A stretch of DNA of 64,000 bases from Octopus bimaculoides (lineage: Eukaryota), in the NCBI RefSeq assembly GCF_001194135.2, contig NC_068986.1, forward strand, positions 106,466,816 to 106,530,815. Direction: 5' to 3'. The notes beneath the pieces were generated by a model. That model was not told the origin of the DNA. It did not search any database and was given only the letters and a program-made list of their open reading frames with translations. The position numbers were made by a program, and so were the translations under genes. Shown one piece after another: positions 25,430 through 38,225 of this stretch. The number at the start of each line of letters is the position of its first letter. The stretch's first letter is position 1.

Positions 25430-25588
25430 TTGTTTCTCTCCTTATTTCTTTCTGTGTTCCTTTCAGTTGAAAAGCGTAGGCTCGAAACGTCAAACACTTT
25501 CTCTATTCCCGAGCGTTAAACTAATACATCCATTTGTTGTTTACACCACATGTCTTCGTCTGTTGGTTTTTTTCGTAAATTCTCTCAT
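25430..25588 (+). mobile_element. Hammerhead-bearing repeat family B, degenerate
   Basis: CAGTTGA-A-AAGCGTAGGCTC-GAAAC-GTC at 25464-25491; body matches 8680-8842; ends in (TA)n. Confidence 0.7.
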
Positions 25589-26031
25589 ATATATATATAT
25601 ATATATANNNNNNNNNNNNNNNNNNNNNNNNNNNNNNNNNNNNNNNNNNNNNNNNNNNNNNNNNNNNNNNNNNNNNNNNNNNNNNNNNNNNNNNNNNNNN
25701 NNNNNNNNNNNNNNNNNNNNNNNNNNNNNNNNNNNNNNNNNNNNNNNNNNNNNNNNNNNNNNNNNNNNNNNNNNNNNNNNNNNNNNNNNNNNNNNNNNNN
25801 NNNNNNNNNNNNNNNNNNNNNNNNNNNNNNNNNNNNNNNNNNNNNNNNNNNNNNNNNNNNNNNNNNNNNNNNNNNNNNNNNNNNNNNNNNNNNNNNNNNN
25901 NNNNNNNNNNNNNNNNNNNNNNNNNNNNNNNNNNNNNNNNNNNNNNNNNNNNNNNNNNNNNNNNNNNNNNNNNNNNNNNNNNNNNNNNNNNNNNNNNNNN
26001 NNNNNNNNNNNNNNNNNNAGTGTTCAAACTG

Positions 26032-26366
26032 TTAGAGTGTAAGTGAGTGGGTGTAGTTTTCTATTGTCTAAAAGAAATCTTTGTGGGTCCCTGCCAAGGG
26101 AATGGCTTCAAAGCATTTACTGAATAGGTTTTACGTCCACCTGTGAATGAGTGTGTGCGTGTGTGTGTGTGTGTGTGTGCGTGTGTGTGTGTGTGTGTGT
26201 GTATGTGTGTGTGTGTGTGTGTGTGAGTATTGTGTTGAATGTCCTTTTAATATGTTTGGAATGTGACCAGATGGGTGTTGATGGGCGTGTATGTTGTGAT
26301 GAACGTCTTGTTGAAAGAACAATTAGGATTTTCCATTGGGTTAGATGTATTCTTTTGAGTGTCTTC
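26032..26366 (-). repeat. Left arm of a large inverted repeat (possible Penelope-like ORF remnant)
   Basis: Reverse complement aligns with 26935-27222 at about 80%, including a (CA)n at the same internal position. Confidence 0.8.
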
Positions 26367-26542
26367 ACCTGTGTGTATGTGTATGGTGTTTTTGTGTGTT
26401 TGTGAGTGTATGTGCAGGTGCGTTTGTGTGTGTATTTGTTTTGCGATATTTTCTTTTGTTTATATGTGTACTGTGTGGCTGTGTGTGTTTGCGTTTTCTT
26501 TTGTGTGTATGTGTGCGTGTGTGTGTGTGTTTGTGAAGTTTT

Positions 26543-26595
<53 letters not shown>

Positions 26596-26934
26596 TTTGA
26601 GATGTTTTCTTTTGCGCGTATATCTGATCATGTGAGTGTGTGTGTGTGCAAAAATGTGTGTGTGTGTGAGTGTGGGATTGCGTGTGCAGATGTGTATGTG
26701 TGTGTTTTGCGATGTTTTCCTTTGTATGTATGCGTGTTTATATATGTGTGTGTTTGTGTGTCGCTTTTTTGTGATATTTTCTTTTGCGTATGTGTATTTG
26801 TATGCCTGTGTATGTTTTTGTGTGTGCGAGTATGTTTTTCTGCGATGCTTGCTTTTGTGTGTATGTGTATATGGGTGTTTGTGTGCGTGTATGAGTGTGC
26901 AGAGGTGTGTGTTTGTTTTGGAGAAGGTTTCTTG

Positions 26935-27222
26935 GAGACACCCAAAAGAATACATCCAGCCCAAAGGAAAATCCTAATTCTTTCTTCAACAAGACATTCA
27001 TCACAACATACCCATCAACATACAACCGGTCACATTCCAAGCATATTGAAAGAACATTCAATACAATACACACACACACACACACACACGCACACACACG
27101 CACACACACACTCATACAGAGGTGGACGTAAAACCCATTCAATAAAATGTTTCCAAGTCACTCCCTTGGCAGGAATTCACAAAGACAACTACACCCCCTC
27201 TCTTACTCTCTTACACTCTAAA
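26935..27222 (+). repeat. Right arm of the large inverted repeat
   Basis: See the left arm; peptide FITTYPSTYNRSH..IERTFNT weakly recalls the region downstream of PLE reverse transcriptase. Confidence 0.75.
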
Positions 27223-27554
27223 CTNNNNNNNNNNNNNNNNNNNNNNNNNNNNNNNNNNNNNNNNNNNNNNNNNNNNNNNNNNNNNNNNNNNNNNNNNNNN
27301 NNNNNNNNNNNNNNNNNNNNNNNNNNNNNNNNNNNNNNNNNNNNNNNNNNNNNNNNNNNNNNNNNNNNNNNNNNNNNNNNNNNNNNNNNNNNNNNNNNNN
27401 NNNNNNNNNNNNNNNNNNNNNNNNNNNNNNNNNNNNNNNNNNNNNNNNNNNNNNNNNNNNNNNNNNNNNNNNNNNNNNNNNNNNNNNNNNNNNNNNNNNN
27501 NNNNNNNNNNNNNNNNNNNNNNNNNNNNNNNNNNNNNNNNNNNNNNNNNNNNNN

Positions 27555-27589
<35 letters not shown>

Positions 27590-28594
27590 GTGTGTATTTA
27601 TATATCTGTGTGCGTGTGTGTCTCCCCACCGACCTTTTAGATATCGATGAGATTAGTACCAGTTTAAAGAAATAAATAGAGGATTGAATGGTTCGATTTA
27701 GCAGTTCAATGCCGTGCTCCAGCATGGTTAGCTTCCAATGACTGAAATAATTAAAAGCAAAAAGAAAATATAAAGTAAATTATCTGTTATGGCTATCCTC
27801 TGTCATTGTATGCCCTTAATTTGCCATACGTTACAGTAGTCCTAACTAATTTTTATGGCTCTTTGATAAAAATTCCATTTATTGTTGGAATATTGTGACA
27901 ATTCATGTCAAAATGGAGGACAATCAAGATAGATTATGGATTTAAGAAACGTTTTTTTTCCATTTATGATATAATTAACTTAAGCCTTGTAGTAGTGTAA
28001 TAAAAAATAGTCCGTATTTCAGTTAGTTGTAGTAAACCGAGCGAAATGACAATTATGGCAATTACTCTTTGTGCTAATTCATGAAAATTTTATTGCGGAA
28101 CATTTATCGCATGCTGTGTTATTAAAACGTCATATCCTATTTGACCCTTTGCATTTCCCTAAACATTTTCAAATATTTGTCCTTAAGGTCCATTTTTTTT
28201 TTTAATCCTTTAGTTAACCCTTGTTAGGTACGTTCTGAATAATATAAAACTTTCTTTCATAATCTCAAGTTTATCTGGTGATAGAAAGAAACTGGGAATG
28301 TATATCATATATGATCCATTGACGCCGTGGAAATATGTCTAGTGTACCACATATAATACAAAGGACAGGAAAAAGTTAAAACAGTAAGCAATAATTAAAC
28401 GAAAATTCGATTACTATTTCTAGCAGATCGCACAACTGTGTCACATTTCTTCCATAGGCACAAGGCCTGAAATTTTGGAGACCGGGCGTTTCGAATGTTT
28501 ATTGAGCAAAAACACCTAAAGCTCGACGAAGCTTCGGCAGAGAGTCGTGGCGAACCTTGCTGTAGTCTTTCACCACAACTTTCACTCACTGTTT

Positions 28595-28792
28595 TTTCCT
28601 GTTTCTGTTCTACCTGTACTTCAATGGGCTAGCCTTGTTACAATCTGTGTCACACTGAATCTCTCCGAGAACTATGTTACGGGTACATGTGTCTGTGGAG
28701 TGCTCAGCCACTTGGACGTTAAGTTTATCAGCAGGTTGTTCCCTTGATTGGATCAACTGGAACCCTCGTCGTCGTAACCGACGGAGTGCCGT
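28595..28792 (+). mobile_element. SINE family 3 3' portion
   Basis: gtacttcaatgggctagccttg..gagtgctcagccacttg..gtcgtaaccgacggagtgcc. Confidence 0.85.
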
Positions 28793-30299
28793 TACAAAAG
28801 AAAAAATGCAGTAGAACATCAAATCCAAAGTTTAACAGATAAATTGATAAACACATAATCTTTATTCATAAAACAGTGACATGAAGGTGGCTTTAGAAAG
28901 AAATATAGAAAACAAACAAAAGAAAAGGGAACGAAATAAGCTGGAGAGAAAAGAAGAGCTTCAAAATTTGGACACTATATAATTAACTGCACTATTAAAA
29001 GTATCCAAAAAGCAAATGTAACATCTGCTGCATTCTTAAATGGCTATAATGAATGTTACATAGTGATAATATTGCATTTACAAAAACCGTACAGGAATAA
29101 ATACCATACACGAAAATATTTCTATAAAGGTGATAAAAATTCTATTTTGTTTAGTAAATATTAGCATAATAATGGTTTTGGTATGAGAATATATTCATTA
29201 AAAATATTCCCCAGAAAGGAAATTATATGTTTACTGTGACCAATGTTCAATTCATTTCTGGACTGGAGACTGTATTCACAACTAGATGATTTCCGAGAAA
29301 AGATTTGATTAATATAACAGAACGAGAAGAGAGACTACACTGCTATATCGCGAACCTGACATGAAAAATGTTATTAATATCGTGTAGTGATATTGTGATT
29401 GCAAAAAACGTGTTTCTAGATAGGAATTGTATATTATTTCCTACTCTAGTCACAAGGCCCGAAATACTCATTCGCCCTCGCTTGAAACACACACATGCTC
29501 ACTCACACATGCTCACTCACACATTCGACAATATATANNNNNNNNNNNNNNNNNNNNNNNNNNNNNNNNNNNNNNNNNNNNNNNNNNNNNNNNNNNNNNN
29601 NNNNNNNNNNNNNNNNNNNNNNNNNNNNNNNNNNNNNNNNNNNNNNNNNNNNNNNNNNNNNNNNNNNNNNNNNNNNNNNNNNNNNNNNNNNNNNNNNNNN
29701 NNNNNNNNNNNNNNNNNNNNNNNNNNNNNNNNNNNNNNNNNNNNNNNNNNNNNNNNNNNNNNNNNNNNNNNNNNNNNNNNNNNNNNNNNNNNNNNNNNNN
29801 NNNNNNNNNNNNNNNNNNNNNNNNNNNNNNNNNNNNNNNNNNNNNNNNNNNNNNNNNNNNNNNNNNNNNNNNNNNNNNNNNNNNNNNNNNNNNNNNNNNN
29901 NNNNNNNNNNNNNNNNNNNNNNNNNNNNNNNNNNNNNNNNNNNNNNNNNNNNNNNNNNNNNNNNNNNNNNNNNNNNNNNNNNNNNNNNNNNNNNNNNNNN
30001 NNNNNNNNNNNNNNNNNNNNNNNNNNNNNNNNNNNNNNNNNNNNNNNNNNNNNNNNNNNNNNNNNNNNNNNNNNNNNNNNNNNNNNNNNNNNNNNNNNNN
30101 NNNNNNNNNNNNNNNNNNNNNNNNNNNNNNNNNNNNNNNNNNNNNNNNNNNNNNNNNNNNNNNNNNNNNNNNNNNNNNNNNNNNNNNNNNNNNNNNNNNN
30201 NNNNNNNNNNNNNNNNNNNNNNNNNNNNNNNNNNNNNNNNNNNNNNNNNNNNNNNNNNNNNNNNNNNNNNNNGTGTGGGGGGGGTATTGTGTGTGTGGC

Positions 30300-30525
30300 G
30301 GTTTGTGAGTTTGTGTGTCTGTGTTTGTCCGCCCACCATCGCTTGACAACTGATGTTGGTGTGTTTACGTTCCCGGAACTTAGCGGCTTGACAAGAGAGA
30401 GTACGATAGAATAAGTACTAGACTTACAAAGAATAAATCCTGGGGTCGATTTGTTCGATAATGGCGGTGCTCCAGCACGACCGCAGTCAAATGACAGAAA
30501 CAAGTAAAAGATTAAAAGAGTAAAA
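30300..30525 (+). mobile_element. SINE family 1 3' half
   Basis: catcgcttgacaac..aataagtactag..cctggggtcgatttg..ccgcagtcaaatgacagaaacaagtaaaag. Confidence 0.9.
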
Positions 30526-30572
30526 TAACACGTGTGCGCACATGTTTATGCATGTATAGACACACACATCTG

Positions 30573-30902
30573 AAGGCGCGTGGCTTAGTGGTTAGGGCAT
30601 TCGGCTCACGATCCTAAGGTCGTGAATTGGATTCCCGGCGAGGCGTTGTGTCCTTGAGTTCGTTTCCCGGCGACGCATTGTGTCCTTTACTTCACGTTGC
30701 TCTAGTCCACTCAGCTGGCAAAAATGAGCAGTTCTTGTATTTCAAAGGGCCGACCTTGTCACGCTATCTGTCACGCTGAGTCTCCCTGAGAACGACGTTA
30801 GGGTTACACGTGTCTGTGGATCGCTCAGTCACTTACACGTTAATTTCATGAGCAGGCTGTTCCGTTGATCATATCAGCTGGAACCCTCGTTGTCGTAACC
30901 GC
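30573..30902 (+). mobile_element. tRNA-derived SINE family 3, full length, with a duplicated B-box segment
   Basis: A-box tggcttagtgg, B-box gaattggattcc; ttcccggcga.gc.ttgtgtcctt occurs twice (about 30630-30690). Confidence 0.9.
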
Positions 30903-31499
30903 ACATAATTTCCCTACATAGGCAATTTTTTCCCTTCTACCAAATATTTACATATCCCATAGTTATTATATATAAACCATTAATCATTTCCAATCAATCA
31001 TTCCCTCTAATCGTTTGCAATCTATCATTACTTTTCTCTCATTACTCTCCATTGTTTCTTTCTGTTTACGTACTTTGAATACTGTTACTGTTGCCAGAAC
31101 AATGCCACTATACTAAGGATAATTGCTAAATACGCTTAACGTTATCCACATTAGATCGCATTAATTTAATTTAATTTAATTTTGCAATTAAAAGATTGTA
31201 TGACAAAACAACAACAATCTAAATTGTAAATTCGTGTCCGAGAGAAATAAAACAGCAGAATAGTATTTAACATAGCTTTTATTGATATTTGCTGCTGGTC
31301 GTTAACCAACTGTCGACGTAAGAGGGTATACTTCTCATTAATACATACAAATGCATGTATACATACATACCTACTTACATCTATATGTATATAGATATAT
31401 ATATAATATATATAATATATAATATATATAATATATATAAGCATATACATGTATACACACATATATGTGTGTGTGTGTACGTTTGTATAATTACATACA

Positions 31500-31539
<40 letters not shown>

Positions 31540-31941
31540 NNNNNNNNNNNNNNNNNNNNNNNNNNNNNNNNNNNNNNNNNNNNNNNNNNNNNNNNNNNNN
31601 NNNNNNNNNNNNNNNNNNNNNNNNNNNNNNNNNNNNNNNNNNNNNNNNNNNNNNNNNNNNNNNNNNNNNNNNNNNNNNNNNNNNNNNNNNNNNNNNNNNN
31701 NNNNNNNNNNNNNNNNNNNNNNNNNNNNNNNNNNNNNNNNNNNNNNNNNNNNNNNNNNNNNNNNNNNNNNNNNNNNNNNNNNNNNNNNNNNNNNNNNNNN
31801 NNNNNNNNNNNNNNNNNNNNNNNNNNNNNNNNNNNNNNNNNNNNNNNNNNNNNNNNNNNNNNNNNNNNNNNNNNNNNNNNNNNNNNNNNNNNNNNNNNNN
31901 NNNATATGTGTGTGTGTGTGTGTGTGTGTGTGTAGTGTGTA

Positions 31942-31984
<43 letters not shown>

Positions 31985-32758
31985 ATGTACGTAATGCGAT
32001 CTATTTTCGCTTTATCTCTACAAATTCCATTAGCATGTTATCAGTGAGTTTAGATGAGGGTTTGTTAGTTAGATTAACGTATAATTGTTTCTGGCCGCAG
32101 TCTAATGACTGAAACAAGTACAAGATAAATGATATACCAGCTGATGTTAGTGTGTCTTATAATTCACCAACCTCTCAAATTCGCTTTCTCTCTCTGTCTC
32201 TACCTCTCACCTTCTCTTTCTCTCTCTTTATCATTTTCTCCTTTTCTGGTTTCCCTGTAGGTCTTGAGTAGCCTCTAACCTGCAGTCATCAGTTGATTAA
32301 TGATACTTTATAGGTGCTTAACTTATGTGCCAATTTCACTAGCTTACATAATATTGACTTTATGACGTAAAAATCTTATGTAGTTTAAAGGACTTTAATG
32401 GCCAAACAAATTCTATTTACTGGTATTTACCTCTACTTTGATGATCTCACCACTGCAGACAGTTTAATACCATTAACAGTATTTACGAGAAACTCAACGT
32501 GAAATTTGTATGGTAGCGCATAGAAAGTGATTACGCACGTTGAATGTTATTCCAATAATTTCTTAAATTCATTTACACATCAAAACACCCGCAAATTACA
32601 TACTTCTAACTTAAAAATCATTTAGCAGTGTTGTTTGCTAAAAATCGATAGGGAGGTCATTCTAAATGCGATAAATATATAGTTTGATTTCGTTGCAGGA
32701 ACTGTTCCCATTTGGCTTGTACATAACAATGTCCTAGTAGTTATCTTATTTCTCTCTT

Positions 32759-32792
<34 letters not shown>

Positions 32793-32794
32793 GC

Positions 32795-32834
<40 letters not shown>

Positions 32835-33404
32835 NNNNNNNNNNNNNNNNNNNNNNNNNNNNNNNNNNNNNNNNNNNNNNNNNNNNNNNNNNNNNNNNNN
32901 NNNNNNNNNNNNNNNNNNNNNNNNNNNNNNNNNNNNNNNNNNNNNNNNNNNNNNNNNNNNNNNNNNNNNNNNNNNNNNNNNNNNNNNNNNNNNNNNNNNN
33001 NNNNNNNNNNNNNNNNNNNNNNNNNNNNNNNNNNNNNNNNNNNNNNNNNNNNNNNNNNNNNNNNNNNNNNNNNNNNNNNNNNNNNNNNNNNNNNNNNNNN
33101 NNNNNNNNNNNNNNNNNNNNNNNNNNNNNNNNNNNNNNNNNNNNNNNNNNNNNNNNNNNNNNNNNNNNNNNNNNNNNNNNNNNNNNNNNNNNNNNNNNNN
33201 NNNNNNNNNNNNNNNNNNNNNNNNNNNNNNNNNNNNNNNNNNNNNNNNNNNNNNNNNNNNNNNNNNNTGTGTCTTGTGTGTGTGTGTGAGTGTGTGAGTG
33301 TGTGAGTGTGTGAGTGTGTGTGTGTCTGAGTAAAGGAAAATCAGTCGCCACATTAAAGTAGCTGTTCGATATTACTAATAGTTTAACTCCAGTTAGATCC
33401 TTCG

Positions 33405-33570
33405 CCAGCTGGTTATCGGTGCGAAGTTGCACCCTTTATATACAATATATATTGCTAGCAGGGGGGGGGGAGAACCCCTAACATTCCACTAGAAGACAAC
33501 GGGATCACAAGGTTTACTCAGTTTCGAGTTATTTGCCTCATCCTCAGTCACGAGCACTTGGCCGCCAGAG
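33405..33570 (-). repeat. Short repeat with a hammerhead-like core (family F), left copy
   Basis: Minus strand CTGAGGA-T-GAG(GCAAATAA)CTC-GAAAC-TGA-GTA with no stem I; inverted partner at 34447-34608. Confidence 0.6.
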
Positions 33571-33963
33571 CGATAGCCAGTCTTCGCTCCAGCCACTAAT
33601 ATATTGTGAACAAAGCGACCGTCGCTAACTGCAAAATAGCTTGTAAAACTTCAAGAAGAAATCAGAGTTGTAGCTGTACCAAAAAGTAAAGTCTCCCTCG
33701 GATTAAACTAGTAGTAACATGAAGCAGCTACTTTGATGTAGCGACTGACTTTAGTTGTTAGTATAGTTACTACCAGGCACACGCCATCAGTAAGTATTCA
33801 GGGTAGGTAGTTGGTGACGTTTATGTAGCAAACCACACGAAACAAATCAGTGAATCACAGGCGCAAGATTGAGCTGAAAGCAAATTTACTTATGCCTGTG
33901 TAGCACGTAAAGAAAACGTTGTTGTAGGAATGTACGCGGCACGTGAACTACAGCAGTACTATA

Positions 33964-34140
33964 CTCGTTTTACTCTTTTGCTTGTTTCAGTCATTTGACT
34001 GCGGCCATGCTGGAGCACAAGGCTTTGGTCGGCCCGAGGCTATAGTAGAAGACACTTGCCCAAGGTGCCACGCAGTGGGACTGAACCCGGAACCATGTGG
34101 TTGGTAAGCAAGCTACTTTCCACACAGCCACTCCTGTGCC
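33964..34140 (-). mobile_element. SINE family 1 with the central part deleted (head fused to tail)
   Basis: Junction ggagcac|aaggctttggtcggcc joins the tail directly to the 5' half. Confidence 0.9.
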
Positions 34141-34329
34141 TATGCGTAGTTTTAATACTAAAATTGAAAGGCAGGGGCGAATTCTGACCACCTAATCTAC
34201 AAGAAAATAAAATATGTTGCATTTTATGCATAGTAATCTGATTACTATGCATAATTTTTTTTTTTTTTTGTAGATTAGGTGGTCAGAATTGCTCCCTGCC
34301 TTTCAACCTTAGCATTAAAACTACGCATA
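34141..34329. repeat. Nested palindrome: about 62-bp outer arms plus a perfect 15-bp inner hairpin
   Basis: 34141-34202 versus 34268-34329 about 90% identical; inner ttatgcatagtaatc-t-gattactatgcataa at 34224-34254. Confidence 0.92.
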
Positions 34330-34446
34330 ATTTTATTGAATTAGGTGCATAATTTGCCATACAAGATAAATGTTACTATCGATCTATTTTATTCAGAGTA
34401 GGCACTGCCTACCATGCCTACCCAGTCGGCACGTCCCTGGTTACTA

Positions 34447-34608
34447 CTCTGGCGGCAAAGTGCTCTTAACTGAGTATCGTCTAAATAGCTCGAAACTGAG
34501 TCAGCCTCGCGGTCCTGTTATCTGCTAGAGAACGATAGGTGTTCGCTCCCCGTGCTAGCAATATATATTATATATAAAGTGTATAGTGTCACACCGAAAG
34601 CCAGCTGG
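34447..34608 (+). repeat. Family F repeat, right copy
   Basis: ctctggcggc..CTGAGTA..CTC-GAAAC-TGA-GTC..gctagcaatatatatt..ccagctgg aligns to the reverse complement of 33405-33570. Confidence 0.65.
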
Positions 34609-35710
34609 GGGAGGATTTGCCTGGGGTTAGTATTAACATGAAATAGTCACGTTGATATGGCAACTGACTTTATTTACTCTTTAGTGTAATTGCTACTCTG
34701 ATCTCTTCTTCAGATTTCACAACTAGATATTTTCCTTATATATATATATATATATATATATATNNNNNNNNNNNNNNNNNNNNNNNNNNNNNNNNNNNNN
34801 NNNNNNNNNNNNNNNNNNNNNNNNNNNNNNNNNNNNNNNNNNNNNNNNNNNNNNNNNNNNNNNNNNNNNNNNNNNNNNNNNNNNNNNNNNNNNNNNNNNN
34901 NNNNNNNNNNNNNNNNNNNNNNNNNNNNNNNNNNNNNNNNNNNNNNNNNNNNNNNNNNNNNNNNNNNNNNNNNNNNNNNNNNNNNNNNNNNNNNNNNNNN
35001 NNNNNNNNNNNNNNNNNNNNNNNNNNNNNNNNNNNNNNNNNNNNNNNNNNNNNNNNNNNNNNNNNNNNNNNNNNNNNNNNNNNNNNNNNNNNNNNNNNNN
35101 NNNNNNNNNNNNNNNNNNNNNNNNNNNNNNNNNNNNNNNNNNNNNNNNNNNNNNNNNNNNNNNNNNNNNNNNNNNNNNNNNNNNNNNNNNNNNNNNNNNN
35201 NNNNNNNNNNNNNNNNNNNNNNNNNNNNNNNNNNNNNNNNNNNNNNNNNNNNNNNNNNNNNNNNNNNNNNNNNNNNNNNNNNNNNNNNNNNNNNNNNNNN
35301 NNNNNNNNNNNNNNNNNNNNNNNNNNNNNNNNNNNNNNNNNNNNNNNNNNNNNNNNNNNNNNNNNNNNNNNNNNNNNNNNNNNNNNNNNNNNNNNNNNNN
35401 NNNNNNNNNNNNNNNNNNNNNNNNNNNNNNNNNNNNNNNNNNNNNNNNNNNNNNNNNNNNNNNNNNNNNNNNNNNNNNNNNNNNNNNNNNNNNNNNNNNN
35501 NNNNNNNNNNNNNNNNNNNNNNNNNNNNNNNNNNNNNNNNNNNNNNNNNNNNNNNNNNNNNNNNNNNNNNNNNNNNNNNNNNNNNNNNNNNNNNNNNNNN
35601 NNNNNNNNNNNNNNNNNNNNNNNNNNNNNNNNNNNNNNNNNNNNNNNNNNNNNNNNNNNNNNNNNNNNNNNNNNNNNNNNNNNNNNNNNNNNNNNNNNNN
35701 NNNNNNNNNN

Positions 35711-35741
<31 letters not shown>

Positions 35742-36110
35742 TTAGACTTCCTTCCATCTCCCTTTTTTCTCTCTCTCAAAGGCAAAAATAATACCAAGAA
35801 ATAAAGATATAATATTGTATGTTATTTAAATATACATTTCTTTACCTTGTTCAATTACACTCCACTGATTTGTCTGTCACCGCATTTTCATTATAGATAC
35901 TTACATACATTCATTCATATATACATCCATGCACATACTCTCAAACCCACATACGCACACACACACTCATACACAACACACACAAATATGTGCACACATG
36001 CGCGCAAGCAAACACACACATACAAACACCCACACCCTCAGACATGCACAAACGCGCGTGAGTATCTGCGAACACACACGCGCACACACATACATTCTTT
36101 TCTTCTTTTC

Positions 36111-36333
36111 TCGTTTCAGTCATTTCACTGCGGCCTTGCTCGAGCACTGCCTTGATGAGTTTTAGTCAGAGAAATCAACGTCAGCTTTCATAATTTGCCA
36201 GTCTAGTACTTATTTTATCCGTTTCTGTGACTGAACCGCTAAGTTACGGACATGTAAACACACCAACATCGGTTGTCAAACGATGGTGGGCGTACAAGCA
36301 CAGACACAAAGACACACGCCCAAATATATATTC

Positions 36334-36365
<32 letters not shown>

Positions 36366-36948
36366 TTATATGTATATATGTATTTATTCTATCCTAATAA
36401 ATTATAATTCTGATAGAATAAATGGGTTAATAGAAACCAAGGTAGTAAAGATCACAAAATAACTGTGGTGTAATTCCTGTTGGTGAGGCAGAAACTCCTT
36501 GATATTTTGGGTATTTGAGTATATTTAAAAATTTAAGGAATGGAGAAAACGCATGTTATAATTGCATACTTTATNNNNNNNNNNTTTGAGTATATTTAAA
36601 AATTTAAGGAATGGAGAAAACGCATGTTATAATTGCATACTTTATTCCGACATATGCTTCGAAGAATTACAATTTATGCGATCCATAGGAATCGGCGATG
36701 TTAAAAATGTAAACTTCTCCTCAGGGAAATGCATGGGAATCATCTTAAACGTAAGATATATACATACATACATACATACATACATACATACACGACAGGC
36801 TTCTTTCAGTTTCCAGCTACCAAATTTACTCACAAAGCTTTGGTCGGCCCGCAGCTATAGTAGAAGACACTTTTCAATGTGCCACACAGGGGGACTGAGC
36901 TAGCAACCATGTGGTCGTGAAGTAAACTTCTGACCATACAACCACGCT
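36111..36948 (-). mobile_element. SINE family 1 split into two halves (36111-36317 and 36793-36948)
   Basis: 3' half and 5' half in the correct order and strand, separated by about 470 bp at the central microsatellite. Confidence 0.7.
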
Positions 36949-37089
36949 GTATGTATGTGTGTATGTATGTATTATTTTGCTACCTCGTCCTCTAGTGCTC
37001 ATAACACCGGTTACCCGGTTTTCATGGCTTAGAAGTGACCGAGATCACATTATATTTATCAGAAGAGGTTCGTTCCAGAGGTTGTCCAT

Positions 37090-37340
37090 TCCAGAGTTTA
37101 AATCTAGCAATTTTGAATTGAAGATGCTAGTCGATTACATCGACCCCGGTACTTTTCTGATAGTTTATTTTATCAATCTAGAAGGGAAGAAAGGCAAAGT
37201 GAGCTTCGGCAGGATTTGAACTCATAACGTAAAGAGCCGGAAGATTTGCCACTAATCATTTTGCCGGACGTGCTAACGATTCTGCCGGACGTGCTAACGA
37301 TTCTGCCGGACGTGCTAACGATTCTGCCATCCTACTGCCT
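37090..37340 (-). mobile_element. SINE family 2 with a 21-bp x3 tandem duplication in its head
   Basis: (tgccggacgtgctaacgattc)x3 at 37262-37324. Confidence 0.8.
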
Positions 37341-37423
37341 TACCTTCTTAGCTATATGCATATATAAACGTATACTTACACACATATATGCATACATTCA
37401 TATACACAAATTTGTATATACAC

Positions 37424-37528
<105 letters not shown>

Positions 37529-38085
37529 AGTAAAAGAATTTCCTCTTTGGTTGAAAAGGTAAATATAAGTGCTTACGAATTTTTCTTAATGAAGACATTT
37601 TGTGCGTTCGAAACATTTTTGGGCTTCTTTTGAAATGTTATCTTCCATATAATAAATGAAACTCATTCCTTTTGCATTTATAAAATTTAATTTCTAATGC
37701 ACTCTGCTACAGATTCCCGTTCAAGATTAATATAATTTGTTCATAATTTAATTCTGTGAATGATATAGACCCTAATTGAATCCCATTAAAAAGAACATTA
37801 TATGAAATGGATGTGAAAATTGATATATTCTATTTCAAAGTATTATTGAACATGCAATTGTAGTTTTTATTCCTTCTATATTTCCTACAATAATTTGAAA
37901 ATTAGTAGAAATTGCAATGTTCGCAATCGATTCATCTATGGAAATATAATCATTATTTTTATAACGTGTAGAAACCAGAGTGACTTCGGTGGGATTTTAA
38001 CACACAGCGTACAGGGTTCGACAAATATTACAAAACACTCTATCAGAAGATGTAATGATTGCCAATTTGCGCCCCATCTACAGTG

Positions 38086-38225
38086 AAAGGGCACATTTGT
38101 TGGTATGTGTGTCATGCTGTGTATCACTATATCTTCTCCGTTGAAGCAACCATTGAGAATAGTAGTCTCGACCACATGTGATACAAGATTCTTAATCCTT
38201 AATTGTGGTTAAGCCTGTGCATAAC
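38086..38225 (-). mobile_element. Helitron PIF1-like helicase fragment
   Basis: LCTG..IKNLVSHVVETTILNGCFNGEDIVIHSMTHIPTNVPF matches the LCNGTRL..L.PNVIEATILTG..GE.V.IPRIP.IP..PF helicase motif. Confidence 0.65.

Noticed and set aside
30573-30645. tRNA-like sequences here and at 50065, 9380-9440 and 59873
   Set aside because: SINE heads with A/B boxes but no acceptor stem, continuing into SINE bodies.
36518-36643. 58-bp exact direct repeat either side of a 10-N gap
   Set aside because: Typical unmerged contig overlap; an assembly artefact.
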